Positions 39,900 through 53,650 of a stretch of DNA of 64,000 bases are shown one piece after another (within the stretch, counting starts at the first letter, position 1; every line of letters begins with the position of its first letter). The stretch spans positions 1-64,000 of the forward strand of contig RDEW01000062.1 in assembly GCA_011109175.1 (NCBI GenBank), written 5' to 3'. The DNA comes from Dicyema japonicum (Eukaryota > Animalia > Dicyemida). The notes beneath the pieces were generated by a model that was given only the letters and a program-made list of their open reading frames with translations, was not told the DNA's origin and made no database searches. The translations under genes were made by a program, and so were the position numbers.

Positions 39900-40240
39900 C
39901 CTTATCCACCAGGTTTCCTTCACTTGAAGGAAATATACATATTGGATTGCTGGTTGGTTGAAGTTTCTGTTTTGTTCGTCTGTTCCTCCTCTCTCTTCCT
40001 ATTAGAGTGGCTTCATGTGATCCATCTGTCTAGGTGGCACCCAGTGCCAGGCCGGCACGAAAAAGGATCATTTGCTCTCCCCCAATTTACTGTAAAGGTT
40101 TCCACAACTGCAACTATGGACGTCTTTTATTCTTTATGTTGATTCCGGGTGGACTCTGTTTCTCTAAAAGTGGAAACTGGATACACTTAATTAGTTGTTA
40201 CTTTAACTTCTTTCTCGGTGTATCTAGTGTTAATAAATAA
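39900..40240 (+). mobile_element. Family B repeat, tail-to-tail with a SINE-A 3' fragment (40241-40340, minus strand)
   Basis: Matches 5565-5832. The upstream ATCCACCAGGTTTCCTTCACTTGAAG is also found at about 35446-35471. Confidence 0.75.
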
Positions 40241-40379
40241 ATCGCTCTCCTTAGGCAGAATACACACTTTATTTAAGCAAAGAACAGTTATCATAGCTAA
40301 TCGATGAGGGAGAATCAAGGAATTCTCTTCACTTTGTTTTTTCTTTTTCCTGGGTGTATCAATTTTGAAAGCAAATGGG

Positions 40380-40700
40380 TTAACAATTTATGTATCAGAA
40401 ATTTTAATATTTCCAATTGAAAACTATTCATCAAATGAAGGTTTTAAGTCTTCAAGATGATTGTTGATTTCTGTTTTAATTATTTTATCAAAAGTCGAGT
40501 TGGATTCAAATAGCGATTTCATCAAGTGCTAGAAAATTGGCAAAATTATTGTGCACAACAGTTTATTCTTGAAGGCACGTAGATTGCCAGAAGCATTAAT
40601 AATGCTCACCCCTTTCACTTGATTTGAAAGAACCAACCGGATAAGATGATTGAAAATGTCGCCAAATATGGCAAAAAAATATTGAGAATTATTATTAAGA
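40380..40700 (-). mobile_element. hAT Buster-type transposase remnant
   Basis: Homologous to 18640-18960. Confidence 0.7.
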
Positions 40701-40969
40701 GAGACCATTGGACTCTGAAAGGCAGTGATAGAAAGCAGAGGAAAGTGCATTTTTAAAGAGACAGGCATGCCAAGGGAAACGGCCCCACTCAGCTTGCATG
40801 ACAATGTTATATTATGGTTGTTATGCTACGTTTATCTAACACAATCCCCGGACATTCATGGGGACAATTGCGGGAAATTGTGGAATCGCTGGTAGACCAC
40901 TCGAGAAGAGACCGAAAATTGAGGTTTTTAATATATATTAGGGGATGTAACTTGTATTGATACCCTTTC

Positions 40970-41260
40970 CTTGACGAATGTGATTTTCACTTCGAATTCA
41001 GACTATCTTGTCCCTAACTCTGCCGAATGGGGGAAGCTGGAGAAATATTCTACGCTTAGGGATCATTTCCGTTTCGTTCCAATTGAGTATGTGTTTTCTG
41101 TCACCAGAGCTGTTCTCCATGAGATTAGAACCGTATTCTCGTCAAGGCTAGGAGATCCTCGGGAAATGTGTTGGTTTCACGAATGTCTCGGAATTGCCAT
41201 CGATCGCGGCAAGTCCCACCATTCCTTCGCAGATTGTGTAATATTCGCTTTTTTTGTTCA
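40970..41260 (+). mobile_element. CRE-like REL 3' remnant
   Basis: KLEKYSTLRDHFRFVPI..LGDPREMCWFHECLGIAIDRG. Confidence 0.75.
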
Positions 41261-42354
41261 ACAATTTTTTGTCAATATATTATGAAGATGAAGTAGAAAA
41301 GACATCGTAACCAGGCAATGACTATCAGCTTTCTCCATACAACTTTCATCCTCACGTGTTTCTGTAGTTCATAGAAGTCGGCGTAATCTTGACTCAGAGT
41401 GGAGCGTAGTTCTCTGCCTTCAACGGAAGCTCAAAGTCTTGCTGTGATTGAAAATATCTTCCATAATGAGGTTACATGATGTCACCAGCGAGATTTTATC
41501 TCCAAAAGCGCTGACAAAAGGTTAGATATCAAGCACAAGGCTATTGAACAGAGGGAACCCTTTACATGGGATTCAATATGCGCAGAAATATCGAACGCAA
41601 ATCCATTCAAAATAGCAGGTGTTCGAGATCTAGGGATTCTGGAAGAAGATATTGAGGGGAGGAAATAACATTTACATCGTAATTGACACAATATTTCATA
41701 GACTAATATACTCGTATAGTTCTTAAGTCTCGTGCTTTTTATTTTGGCACATTTCCTGTCAGACAGTGGACCCCACCACCAAAGTGTGAGTCACTCAGCA
41801 CAACCCAGACCGAATTCAGCACATGTTAAATATATCCTCTCTTTAATCACAGCTCGGACTTCTGGAAGACGGTTCGTTTTCGACTTTGTCGCAACCGAAA
41901 AGTCAGTTATTCAGGATCATAATTGCTATCCATCTTGCCATCGGAGCTTGATAGCAAAAAATACAACCAAGAAAAAGAATCAAAATAAATGATATAAAAG
42001 AAATTAAAATAAAATGGCCAGCTTGCTGGTCGTTGTGGTGCCTACTGCCCTTGTACTGTGTGCCTAGACATGATTGCTTAACGAAGGTTTTGTGATCAGG
42101 TTGGTATAATGAGGACTGTAATGGCTCAGGACGGAAACGTAGCAGGCAAAAGGTCCCTGGTGGGCTTGTATGGGGATTACAGTAATGGTGCTTCAACTTT
42201 TTCTTAGTTCGAATCTCACAATTGTATTTATTTTTTTCTTTTTTATTTTGCTAAAACATTTTTTTATAATGAAATAAAATAAAAATGTTTAGTAAAACTA
42301 GAAATCATATTAAATTTTTTCATTCCACTAAAATAATTGATTGATCTGTGAATT

Positions 42355-42560
42355 TAAAATTTTGCTCATCGGAAGCCGTTGGTCCAATGACAGCTGAGTT
42401 CTTGCGAGAACTCGGAGGATTGCTTGCCAGAAAGAAAAGGGATCAACGAGAAGGGTTATGGCTAAGACAAAAGATTGGAATAGCCATACTCCGAGGGAAC
42501 TCGTTCGCAATCCACGCAGCAGGCTTCCTAACTGACATTAGTTTAATTGTTAAAAAAATT
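42355..42560 (+). mobile_element. CRE-like 3' fragment
   Basis: SEAVGPMTAEFLRELGG..QREGLWLRQKIGIAILRGN. Confidence 0.85.
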
Positions 42561-43569
42561 ATTTTGTTTTAAAAAAATTTTTTGAATTTAAACAAACATT
42601 TATTAGATCACCTATGTTGTTACAAATTTTTTCCTTATATAAAAATTGACGTGACTATTCAGTAGATTGATGTTGTGGTTAACGGATAGTTGTCACTCAC
42701 TTGGAATCTTCAGCATTTGAATTTTTAAGAAAAATAAATTTTCAATTTATAAAATTGCAGACTATTTCAGGGGCATATATTATAATGTTTCTATTAGCAC
42801 TCCGAGAGCATTTTTCGCATCAGTTTTTTCATACGTACTTTGGCTTTCCTTCTTTAATAAAATGATTAATAATCAAAAATTGAATTATCTTAAATTGTTC
42901 TGTTTGCTAAAAACTCTTGTCTAGAATTCCAACACTAATATACCCAGATTAGCGAGATTTGAACTTTGATAATTTCAATTTTATATTAAATCTTGCGAGA
43001 TAATAAAAGAAAAACTAAAAACCAGTGAATTAGATATTTTTGGTTCGATGACCACAACATTTTCCATGGAAAATTAACGTGATGTGATGTTAGTTAGCTT
43101 AATTTTTCAGTATCGACAAAAAAGCCATATTTACCTTAGAACCAATTAAAACTTAATCATGCCCAAATTAAGAGTGTATTGATTATTTAAACCAAGAATC
43201 ACCACCACTATTAATAGGGGAAGGATGATTCTGATTTCTGTCAGTTTTTTATTAAAATTTGAATCTTCATCTTTGCCCGGTTTAGTTCCAAGGATTCCAT
43301 GTATTTTTTACATGTTCATGCCAACTAGTTGCATGCAGGCAATTAATAAAAAGCAGATTTTATTATTAATACATAAATATCAGAAAATTAATAACTAAAT
43401 AATAATCCCCTAGTACTTTTCAGGCAGTATTTTCGAACCTTTTTTACAGTCTCCATTAGGTGATTCCAGCTTCTTTAGTAGCCTTCTCAACTTTTTTCGA
43501 TATTACTCCCGCAAATTAACACACTTTCTATAAACTCGGGAAACACGAAACACGCCGATACTTCCGGGG

Positions 43570-43800
43570 TATCATTTGAGCGCCCGTTCTTTTCAGAAGA
43601 ATCTCTTATTGTGTTAGCCGTGAAATGATAATCAAGAAGCATTGAAAGGTTTTTGTAGCTTACGAGTAAGTTGGCGATCTTCTTTAGGTTAGTTTTAGAT
43701 ATGCCCGTACACCATGCAGCGCATCCATAGCTAATCGTTGGTTGCCGTGTATTGGGTGCAATGTGAGTTTTTTGATAGATGCAGCAACTTCCATAGTGAC
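43570..43800 (-). mobile_element. LINE RT-thumb remnant
   Basis: QPTISYGCAAWCTGISKTNLKKI. Confidence 0.5.
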
Positions 43801-44092
43801 ACACCAAATTTATTATTATTATTATAGGCACGTACGTAATGCCAAGATCATGACAAAGCATGTGCAACATGAAAAGTTAACAATCTAATTAACGTCGCCC
43901 ATCTTGTCGATCCGTTGTCATGTTCCGTAGCATATCAAGATCATCCCATCTAAACACACCAAATTTAAAATTCTTAATAATCTAAAATATTTAAAATAAT
44001 TATTCGATAATAAAATATAAATAAATTAGCTTGTTTTGAATGTGCGTTTAGCTGGTTGTCATATTACATAATTAACTGATATTAGAATTGAG

Positions 44093-45276
44093 ATGGGGAA
44101 AAAGTTAAAATCTAAAAGAATCGGGAAAGACAAATTGAAAAAAGTCTACAATTCAACGAAACCCATAATGTCAAAGGCATTATTCTTTTAATAATTAGAT
44201 TCGAAATCCTTAGATTCTGAAATTTTGCATAGAAAGTCTCAAAGAGATTCAATTTTAACTTGGATTAAAGAAAAAACTGCCAACAAAAATTCGTCCTTCA
44301 TGTATGTTTTCGGTCTCCTGGAACTGGAAAAACTGCTTTACTTAAATCTTTAATCGACAAGGTGTTACTAACACAATAATTCCCTCTAAGTGTCACTATA
44401 TAAACTGCATGCAAATCAACACGTTCAAAATACTTGCTGATAATATAAATAAAGTTATTAAATTGAATGATGGCAAAAAAATCAAAAATATTAAGTCAAA
44501 CGATGATAATGATTCCCAGAATTTCATTTTTGTTCTCGATGAAATTCAGCAATGCATGATTCCACAAATCTTAGAAAACTTTGTCTCCAAAAACCTACTC
44601 TGAGCCTCTTCTTATCATTGGCGCGGCAAACTGCCTATCTCCCCACTGTCTCATTCAGCCTGAAAATACAGTTGCCTTCCCTCCATATTCCTCCAGTGAA
44701 TTACTTGACATTTTAACTACCAAATTAGCCCAATTTGACGATTCCTTCACACTTGAGCTAATTTCAAAGAAGATTGCTGGAACTTGCGGCGATGTACGGA
44801 AAGCAATAAATCTGTCAAAAACTGTCTTGGAAGCTACTTTTAACATGAAGGATTCTCCACGTGAACGATGACGAAGATTTTGTCCATTATTGGCCAGTCT
44901 AACCAGTTCACAACTCCAATGGATGATTCCATGCCTTTACAGCAAAAGATTATTGCCTGTACCCTTATAGGGATCAGTGAGAAGTCGACTAATATAGGCA
45001 AAGTAGTGTTTTTCTAACTTAGTAGTTATATGACGAGTATTGTGCAGTCTGTAAGCGAAAAAAACTTCCTGTGGTTGATTTTTAGCACATTTATTAGTTC
45101 TTGTGATCTTATGAGTTCTAATGGGATTGTAAAATTGGTGACAAATAAAAATATCCGGTTTTTCTAAGGTAGAACTGGTTTTGGCATTTCAGGTTTCCTT
45201 GAGTGTGGATGAAACTGATATTCGACGTGTTTTGAGTGAAAATGAACTTCTCACTTCTATTTTAAATAATACATGA
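44093..45276 (+). CDS. CDC6: Cell division control protein 6, with at least four apparent frameshifts
   Basis: Walker A (G)SPGTGKT, Walker B FVLDE, LIIGAAN, FPPYSSSELLDIL, KKIAGTCGDVRKAI, PLQQKIIACTL. Frames shift near 44315, 44583, 44868 and 45160. The 5' exon structure is uncertain. Confidence 0.85.
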
Positions 45277-45516
45277 TTGTCTTCATTTTAGACGTTGTAT
45301 TTATTTTAATGTAATTTAACTTTTTTAATATTTGTTACTAATTGACTGTGTTGCTATTTTTGACTGAGCAGAAGGACGGATTCCTTCGTTTCATGCGACC
45401 TCCTTCAGAGTCAGCTAATGTCTGTTCAGTTGATGGATAGGCCCAGACGTTAAAGTGTTGAAAGCATGGTTACCTCTATGATGGTGTAACGTTTGTTCAC
45501 CTCGAAAAAAAAACTC

Positions 45517-45781
45517 TGTAGTATTTTTGTCATACAATTTCTTTAAATAACTCGGGAATCTAATCTCGACCTGCTCAAAGGACCTTCGCAAGAATTATCT
45601 ATTCACGTGGTCTAATAGCTGTCTAATAATTCATATATCGCACTTGAATGGTATTAAGGATTTTTATTCTAATTCGTATGTCAATTTTATATTATATCAT
45701 CTTGATCTATCAAAAGCTTAGCAAACTTGTTTCCTTCTTTGTTTTTACACCTTAAATGTCATAGACCAAGAGTTGACCATG
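45517..45781. repeat. About 265-bp dispersed repeat
   Basis: Highly similar direct copy at 54237-54505. Confidence 0.9.
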
Positions 45782-46019
45782 TTGATACGGTTTCGTTCCT
45801 TGACCAGAGCATTGTAAACAACATATCTTTTAATGAAAGCCATTTTTCTTGCTTCCAGGATGACTTTGTTGACGTAGGCGACCACAATATCAAGGAAGGT
45901 AAAGTTTTTTTTGGGCATTGTCCTTTTATCCGTGATTTAATAATAATTTACTAAATTTTAAATAAAAAAATATTATATTTAAAACAAACTTTAAAAACTC
46001 TTGTGTGTTAATCACTTTC

Positions 46020-49000
46020 CGTTTGGTTGAGTTAGTGACGTGGCTCTTTAAATGCAGTCTGAAAAATACAAGATTCAATGGGATGGCCTCAACCTACTCT
46101 CGTTTAATGTCAGGGGGATCTCGAAGACATGGATGAGGAAAACACTGTGCGATGATTTAGACAAGTACCGCGTCTCTATCGGATGTCTGCAAGAAACGAA
46201 GGTCTCTGATGGATGCTGTGAACACTATGGAACCTATAAACTTATTCTCTTCCCTAGTGAATCGAAACATTACGGACAAGGTTTCCCAGTTGGTGACCAT
46301 CTTGTTCCTCGAATACATCAATTTTGGAAAGTCAACGACAGGATTAGTGTTCTGCAAATTAGGATGAATGACATGTGCCCTTCCAAAAGCTACATGACAG
46401 TCATTAACGTGTATGCTCCACATAGTGGCAGATTTTTGAAAAATCCTGAGGAACTGGATGACTTCTACTGTCAACTATTGAGGACGTACTCGGAATACGA
46501 ATCTTCGTCGTTGATATTTATTGCCGGGGACTTTAACGCTAAAGTTGGGATGCGACGCAGTGGAGAGGAATCGTTCATCGGCAGGCATGGACGGGGGTGG
46601 AGAAACACCCCGGGAACACTACTGGCCAATTTCTGTCAAGCGAATGATCTTTTCATAGGAAACACTGCCTTTATGCACCCAGCTCGCCACAGGAGCACAT
46701 GGACTGGCCATAGAACGAACTCGGAAAACAAAAGTGTCAATATTTATAATCAAATTGATTACATCATTTGTCGGACCAAGGACAAACACCTACTGAATGA
46801 TGCCCGTTCTTATGGAGGGTCGATGATAAATAGTGACCATAAAATGGTTATTGGCAAGTTCTCCTTGAAGAAATACTACATTGGTAGGAAGAACCTGAGT
46901 CTAAGCAAAACGCTACCACCTTACCATACCCATGTATATATGACTGAGAAGCTCTGGTCTCAGCCGCTGCTGGTGACAAACTACCAAAAACATATAGAGA
47001 ACCACCTATATACATTACCAGCTAATATGACTATACAAGACCTATGGGATCAGACCAAAAGCATTATTTGCCTTGCCGCAAACACCCACCTTGGAGTGAG
47101 ACGGCAGACAACCGGAAATATGTCACTTGGCCATCCAGACTCCTTATTACTGGCAAAACAACAACGAGAAATATGGATACAGAGTCTAAACACGACGGAT
47201 ATACATATCAAAAACAAACTACGAACTGAACGAAATATTATCAAGAGAAGAATCATGAAGCTTAATAATGAACACTCGAAGGATGTCTTCCTATCACATC
47301 TTAGAGAGCTGGAGCAACTAAAGGACAATGCACAAATGTTCGCTGCAGTCCGACTAATGCGAGGAAAGAAAAAAGCGACAGTACATGTTATGGATGGGAA
47401 GGGGAAACTTATCTTAAAACCAGACGAACAGATCGAATTGATTGCTGCCCATTTTGAAAAACTGTTCAATGCGAACGGCCAAGAACTGGCCCCTTTCATC
47501 GGAGAACCGCGGATGCTGGAAACAATTATCACATCTAAGGAAGTTCAGAGTGCGTGCAGTAAGCTAAAGAATCACAGGAGCGCTGGACCAGACAACATCC
47601 CTCCCGAACTGCTGAAATATGGACCTATGCGTCTATTCGAAACCATTGCGACATTGTTAAATGGAATGTTTACATCCAACTCTGTCCTACCACTGGGGAA
47701 AGGGACATTGATACCTATACAAAAGCCTAACAAACCAAAGGGACCACTAGAAAGCCTACGCCCAGTCATATTGTTAAACACATTACGAAAAGTTCTTGCA
47801 TCTGTTGCTTTGGACCGCTTAAAACATCCTGCAGGAAATTACCTATCAGCATGCCATAGTGGATTTCGTGAAGGAAGTCGACAGCGGACATTCTGTGGAG
47901 CCACAGGTGGCGGTGTGCAACGGCTCAAAGATACAAAAATGCCACGACCATCCTGGGGATCGATATGTCAAGAGCTTTCGACACCATTAGCCGACACAAG
48001 CTAATGGTTGTCCTTCATCAATTTGTGGACCAATCATTGCTACGGATAATCAGAGTACTTCTCTCAAGTACTGAACTGTCAGTCCGAATTGGGAGAACTC
48101 TATCCCGACCATTCAAAACTACAATCGGCACTCCTCAGGGAGACTCCCTCTCCCCCTTACTATTTGTGATATATCTCGAAGCTGCACTAAAGGATCTAAG
48201 AACTTGCTATGAAGGAAAAATAAACAAGTCGTATACGCGGATGATGTGGATTTTATATCCGAGGATACAGAAGCTCTCACACATCTGCTGGAAAATGCAC
48301 CGGACAAACTGGGGGAATGGTTCCTCATCGTTAACCGGGCCAAAACGGAAATCACGGAAATCAAAAGAATGGACAACATCCTTAATGAACGTTGGCGACA
48401 TGTTAATAAGCTTGGATCCCTACTGGGGGACACAGAAGACATCTCAAAAGGAAAATACTTGCAGGAGTAGCAATGCGAAAACTCAAAAAGGATGGCTGAA
48501 AGGACTAGATGTCAATCTGCGGATACGCATGTACAATGCATTTGTGAAACCGATACTGAAATACAATGCAGGTACTTGGGCCTGTACAGGTGCGGAATCA
48601 ATGGCTCTCGATGGGTTCCACAGAAAACAGCTTAGAGTATTATTTGGCATGCAGTGGCCAGCTAGAATCTCGAATACCGGTATTTACAAAAAATACAAGA
48701 GTAGGCCTCTAAGCCTGGAAATCACTGACGCCCGGTTGAGACTGTTTGGTCTCGTACTACGCATGGATCTTGCTGCCCCGGCTAATGTGGCGATGGAGGA
48801 CCATTTCATGTTCGAGGGCAAATGCTTCCGTGGCAGACCAAGGATGACCCTACCTATCATGCTGCACAAAGACCTCCAAAGGATGAAGAAATGCCTAAAG
48901 ACGGGAGACGATCTGGACATGCTGAGATCGACTGCGTGTAACCGTGGAGGATGGAAGAGGCTAACTAATAACATTGTTTCTTGTATTGCACATGCTTTGC

Positions 49001-49042
49001 TATAACTATTATGGCAAGGCGATAAGTGCTGTAATAATATAA
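46020..49042 (+). mobile_element. Near full-length RTE-clade LINE (APE + RT), frameshifted
   Basis: SFNVRG, LQET, INVYAP, AGDFNAKVG, NQIDYII, SDHK, SAGPDNIP, DMSRAFDTI, GTPQGDSLSPLLF, YADD. Short TAA-rich tail. 11-bp TSD TAATCACTTTC (46009-46019, 49043-49053). Confidence 0.93.
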
Positions 49043-49053
49043 TAATCACTTTC

Positions 49054-49240
49054 ACTGGAGTATAGGAGGCAGAGCCCTGAGATGCCATATGGGCAGAGGG
49101 TTCAATTAGACAAGGCGCTCTCGGAGTTGTTTCAGCAACCAGAATCGAACCTGCCTGAGGAGGCTGGCGAACAGGCAGGCGAGGAAGGTTGTTGATTAAA
49201 TATATTAACTTTTTTTATTGTTTGTTAAATAAAGTGGGGC
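49054..49240. other. GC-rich structured insert of unknown class
   Basis: Hairpins GAGCCCT/AGGGTTC and CCTGCCTG/CAGGCAGG. Minus-strand B-box GGTTCGATTC (49142-49151). Followed by a third copy of the target, GTGTTAATCACTTT. Confidence 0.4.
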
Positions 49241-49277
49241 GTGTTAATCACTTTTATTTTGAAAATATTAGTGAATA

Positions 49278-51207
49278 ATGCCCGTGCCATTTGGTTGGTG
49301 TGAATGCCCATTATTTGGTGATTTAATAGGTAATATTTATGTAAAAGTAATAGGGGACATATTTATTCCATTTAAAGTGCCATTAGATACTAATAAATAT
49401 AACATTTCGCCAGACAATGCTTTCACTTTACAAATATTATTCGAAAAATATCCAAAACTAGGTCATGTTATTGATTTGACTAACTCTGATCAATATTATA
49501 GTCCAAATAATATTGGAATTACATTTAAGAAAATAAAATCCAAAGGGTTAATATTGAATAATAATTGAAGTCACGGAGAACCACCTACAGAGGAGCAGGT
49601 GACAGAATTCATATCAGCAGTCAATTCCTCAATAATGAGTTATTAATCGGTTGGTTATCTATTATTATGCAGGTGTTCATTGCACCCATGGATTTAATAG
49701 AACTGGGTTTATGATCATTAGCTTTCTCGTTTCTGTCAAAAAATATCGTCTTGAGTACGCATTACAATTGTTTTCTAAGGTTGATAAAGTACTAAATGCG
49801 ATTAGGCGAGAAATCCAGGAATTTATAAACAAAATTATGTTAATGTCTTAATTCAACGGTATGGAAATCAAAACATAGATTTGTTTGCTGCCTCCCGACC
49901 ATATTGGCATAAAGAATATCAGGAAATAAATAACACAGTTAAGTTATGATATAATTTAAGATATATAAAGTTCCTGGAGTTATTGAGATAACAGATATTA
50001 ATACAGTAAATGATATTCGTCTAAAAGTCAGACAAATTGCATATCAATCTATAGAAGATAAATCGTGTTTGGATAAAATTCCGTTTTCATATATTGTTAT
50101 TTAAAGGTTAGAGCGATTCATAGGAGATCATCCAATCTTTTATCTAACGAAAATAAAAAAAAATTAGCTGAAAACAAATATAAAGTCAGTTGGATACTGA
50201 TGGGTGCAGATACCTAATGGTTGTGTTTGAAGAGGGTCAAGTTTACTTGCTGGATAGAAAAAATAGTGTATTTTTTGTTGAAAACTTGTCATTTTGGCAC
50301 AGAAAGGATTTGAATAAACATTTAACAAATTTACTTGTCGATGGGGTTATAATTATTGTGATCATAGGAAATGATAGAGGATATTTAATGAAGGGACCAA
50401 AAATATCGTTATTTGATTTACGATGTTATTGAATTTAATGTATGATATGTTATTTAGTTCAGTGTACTGGAGTTGGGAATGCTCACTTCAGTCTTCGGAA
50501 ATACTGTATTGACAAGGAAATAATTGGTCCACGGTATCAGAAAATTAAACAAGGGTTACTCAATAATAAATTGGAGTCATTTTCTGTAAGAAATAAAAAC
50601 TTTTGGGATATTTCTTGTCTTCCTAAAGTTCTATTCCTTTATATTTAGATTTTCTCCGATAAATTTTCTAATCAGATATTTCACAAAAGTTATGGTGTGA
50701 TTTTCCAATTAGTCAACGAAGTTTACCACTTGTTTATTAAAGCCTTATCATTTTGGTCGTAGTGACACTACTCTTAAATGGAAACCTCTCCAATATAATA
50801 CTGTTGATTTCAAACTGAAAGTATTCAAACTTTCAGTTCGGGGTAGTTTTTACCTTAATTATAGAAATTTACCAATATATAAGGCAGAATTGTTACTCTT
50901 AATGAAAATTATCAAAAGAGATAAAAAATTTTTGGATTAAAGTTTTTATTTTGTTTATACTAGTTTTCAAAGGATATGCTATCAATGGAATGGTAAATTG
51001 TTGAATGTTATCATGGGAGTTGTCTTCCTGAAAAGGACCCATTTTGGCATATTCTCAGAGTTAGAGATGATAGGGATAGTCCCAATTCACTGTATACAGC
51101 AAAATGTATTATTTTATTATTATTTAGCTATTTTTCAAAGCATCAATGATCACATTAATGATATTGATTTACTCACTTATATTGATAGTATTCTGACTAA
51201 TTCATAA
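49278..51207 (+). CDS. RNGTT: mRNA capping enzyme (triphosphatase + guanylyltransferase), multi-exon, several apparent frameshifts
   Basis: FIPFKVPL, IDLTN, GVHCTHGFNRTG, YKVSW-?-TDGCRY, YLIYD, KWKP, FKL, WHILRVRDD. Many 22-28-nt introns. Confidence 0.88.
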
Positions 51208-51329
51208 TTTTATTACATTCTTTTTGAATTTCATGGTTTATTTTCCAATTTTGTCTTCATAAGTTCACAAATTTATATATTGCGATCATAAAATAAGGAG
51301 GGTTGGATTATGATGTATAGAAAGACCGT

Positions 51330-51630
51330 TTGGAGGGGTGGTTAGGTATCGGGCTAAAGTGGCTTAGGCTACGGGTTCGATTCTCACTGCTGTTCACCTG
51401 GTGGAAGGTTCCACGTATCTACGATGCTAAAAGGGATTGACGAGTGACGCCGTCATCAGTGGACACTCACTGAGGAACTGGATTGTTTAGAAAAGACCCA
51501 CACACAAGAAAAAGAAATTAAAGTCGAGATCATTCCTTGGTTCTACAATTAGCTAAAATTAACAGTTCTTTACTTAAATAAAATGTGTGTCCTGCCTATG
51601 CGGAGCTATAAATATTATGGCTCTCGTGAA
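51330..51630 (+). mobile_element. SINE family A, apparently full length
   Basis: GGTTCGATTCTC B box, conserved core GACGAGTGACGCCGTCATCAGTG, 3' CTTAAATAAAATGTGTGTCCTGCCT. Confidence 0.8.
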
Positions 51631-52179
51631 AAGGCTGTTATTATTATTAAGACCATTTAGACATTTTGCATTCCAATTTCGAGTGTTAGCAACAAGTTGA
51701 GTAATTAAGGATTGGGGAATAATGAGAAGATCTATATAATCGTCATGTCATCTTTTTGAGCCTTTCGAGGTTTAAGGTAGCTTATCTTAGAATAGTGAAT
51801 TAATAGGCCTGGTCTCGGAAGGATAACATATATTTAAGATTAAAAAGACTAATAGTATGGAGACTCGGAAGATACGGATTAAGAGTGGAGATAAGTCATT
51901 CCATTCGTTGTCCTTGTATTTTTCATCGTCAATTTGTTAATTTCAGACAGATATTCAATCCTTCTCCAAAAACATCGAGAATGGTGGAGAAAGAAAAATA
52001 AATCAATAATTTCGAAAATGGTGGTGAAAGCCACCATTCGATATGAAACTACGGGGAATATATTTTGTCATCAGCAAGCAGACAATCTGTGAAAAAACAT
52101 AACGCTCTTCTTGTTTGGTTGAGGTGGTGAGTCCTTTTCTAGTACTAAGTCCTGGTAATGTGTCAAAAACACTATGGAC

Positions 52180-52700
52180 GAAAGAATGTCAGTTTAATGA
52201 CTTTTAATGTGAGAGGAATCAGTTCTGAAATACGAAAAAATAAGCTTTGCCAAAATCTAAAGCATTACGGAGTGGCTGTTGAATAGAATGGGGAAAAAGA
52301 TTTCTGTTTCTAGGACCGGGCTGTAAGCATTATGTAATTGGCTTTGTGGTGCATAAAATCATTACAATAGTATTGGAAATCAATGACAGGATTCATAATC
52401 CAGATATGGATTAGCAATTATATTGTGTTACATGCTAGACTGGTCACCATTGTAATCTGACATATTTTAGAACTTCTAACCCTAATCCATAAAGGTTTAT
52501 CGTTACGTCCACTAATCCGAAATGCATACAATCATGCTCTGCATAGAAATAGTCATTACGGAATCAAAGTTAAAGAGTGTTTATGGCAACTAAAACGAAT
52601 TATGACATTTAAAATCAAAAATATCACGTGACTGGAAGAAAAGATATACAGTTTACAGATGAACCAACATGTAATTCCTTGTGTAGATGTTGAGGCAAAC
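52180..52700 (+). mobile_element. Decayed RTE APE-domain remnant
   Basis: LMTFNVRGI and KHYVIGFVV..EINDRI align with the RTE at 46052. Confidence 0.6.
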
Positions 52701-53650
52701 CTTGGACTAGCCAGAATAGTTCAACAATATATAAATGAAAATCAAGAAAAGATACTTGAACTAAGAACGATTTTAAAAGATCACCACATGTTAATTATCA
52801 CCATTCCTTAGGATTTCACTTATGAACCCATACTATTTTGTTTACTAGTTATATTTATTTTTTAAAACCAAAAATCATCGAAAAAATAATAGAGAGTGGG
52901 GGCCGTCCGGTGATCCCGGCTCCTCATGCAGCCGTCTCATCTTTTCTCGGTGCTCCTTCCGCGAGGCGACACACTTCGTGTATTGACGAATCACTTTTCG
53001 GAGGTTTTGAAGTTTCAACTGAGTTCTCATCTCTTCACGAGTTCCTCGAACGGAGTTGGCTTTAGTGGCGAGGAAAAAGACCTTTGTATGGCCCTCGTTA
53101 GCATCTCTAGAAGAAGCTAATGGAGTGACGCTTATTTCAATTCCGATCGAAGTGTCGGGACCATTAAGGACAGTAATGTCCTCATCAATATCTCTATCAG
53201 ACTTGGAGTGGAGATTTTTTCAGACGACAAGTGCCGTTTGGTGGTACCGTCGATTGTAATGGACATCATGCCATTTCTAGCCGAAGCAGGGAAAGATGAT
53301 TCCAAAGACATAAGTCGATAAACAAAAATGTGAAGCCATTTCTGATACTACACATGCTCGTTGGGGTTGGTTTGGGCCCCTCTGTGATTCCTATGGATTA
53401 CAATCTCCAAGGATATCGATGTCATGTTTATATTCTTTATAGACCACTTCTCTGTCACCTCAAAATCCCTTTTTTATGTTGACGCAATCTTCTCAGCATT
53501 AGTCTAAGAGATTCAAGGCACATGCAAAAGAAATGCATGGCTCAATATATTGCGATTAAAGCGTTTTTAGTAATGGGTGTCCAGATTTTCCCCATTCGGC
53601 TTTTCATCAAGTTGATTTTATTTTCACATTTGTTAACACAATTTCTTATA

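Noticed and set aside
52890-53450. GC-richer block with short ORFs
   Set aside because: It ends in the shared retroposon motif on the minus strand but has no assignable domain, so it was not called as a feature.
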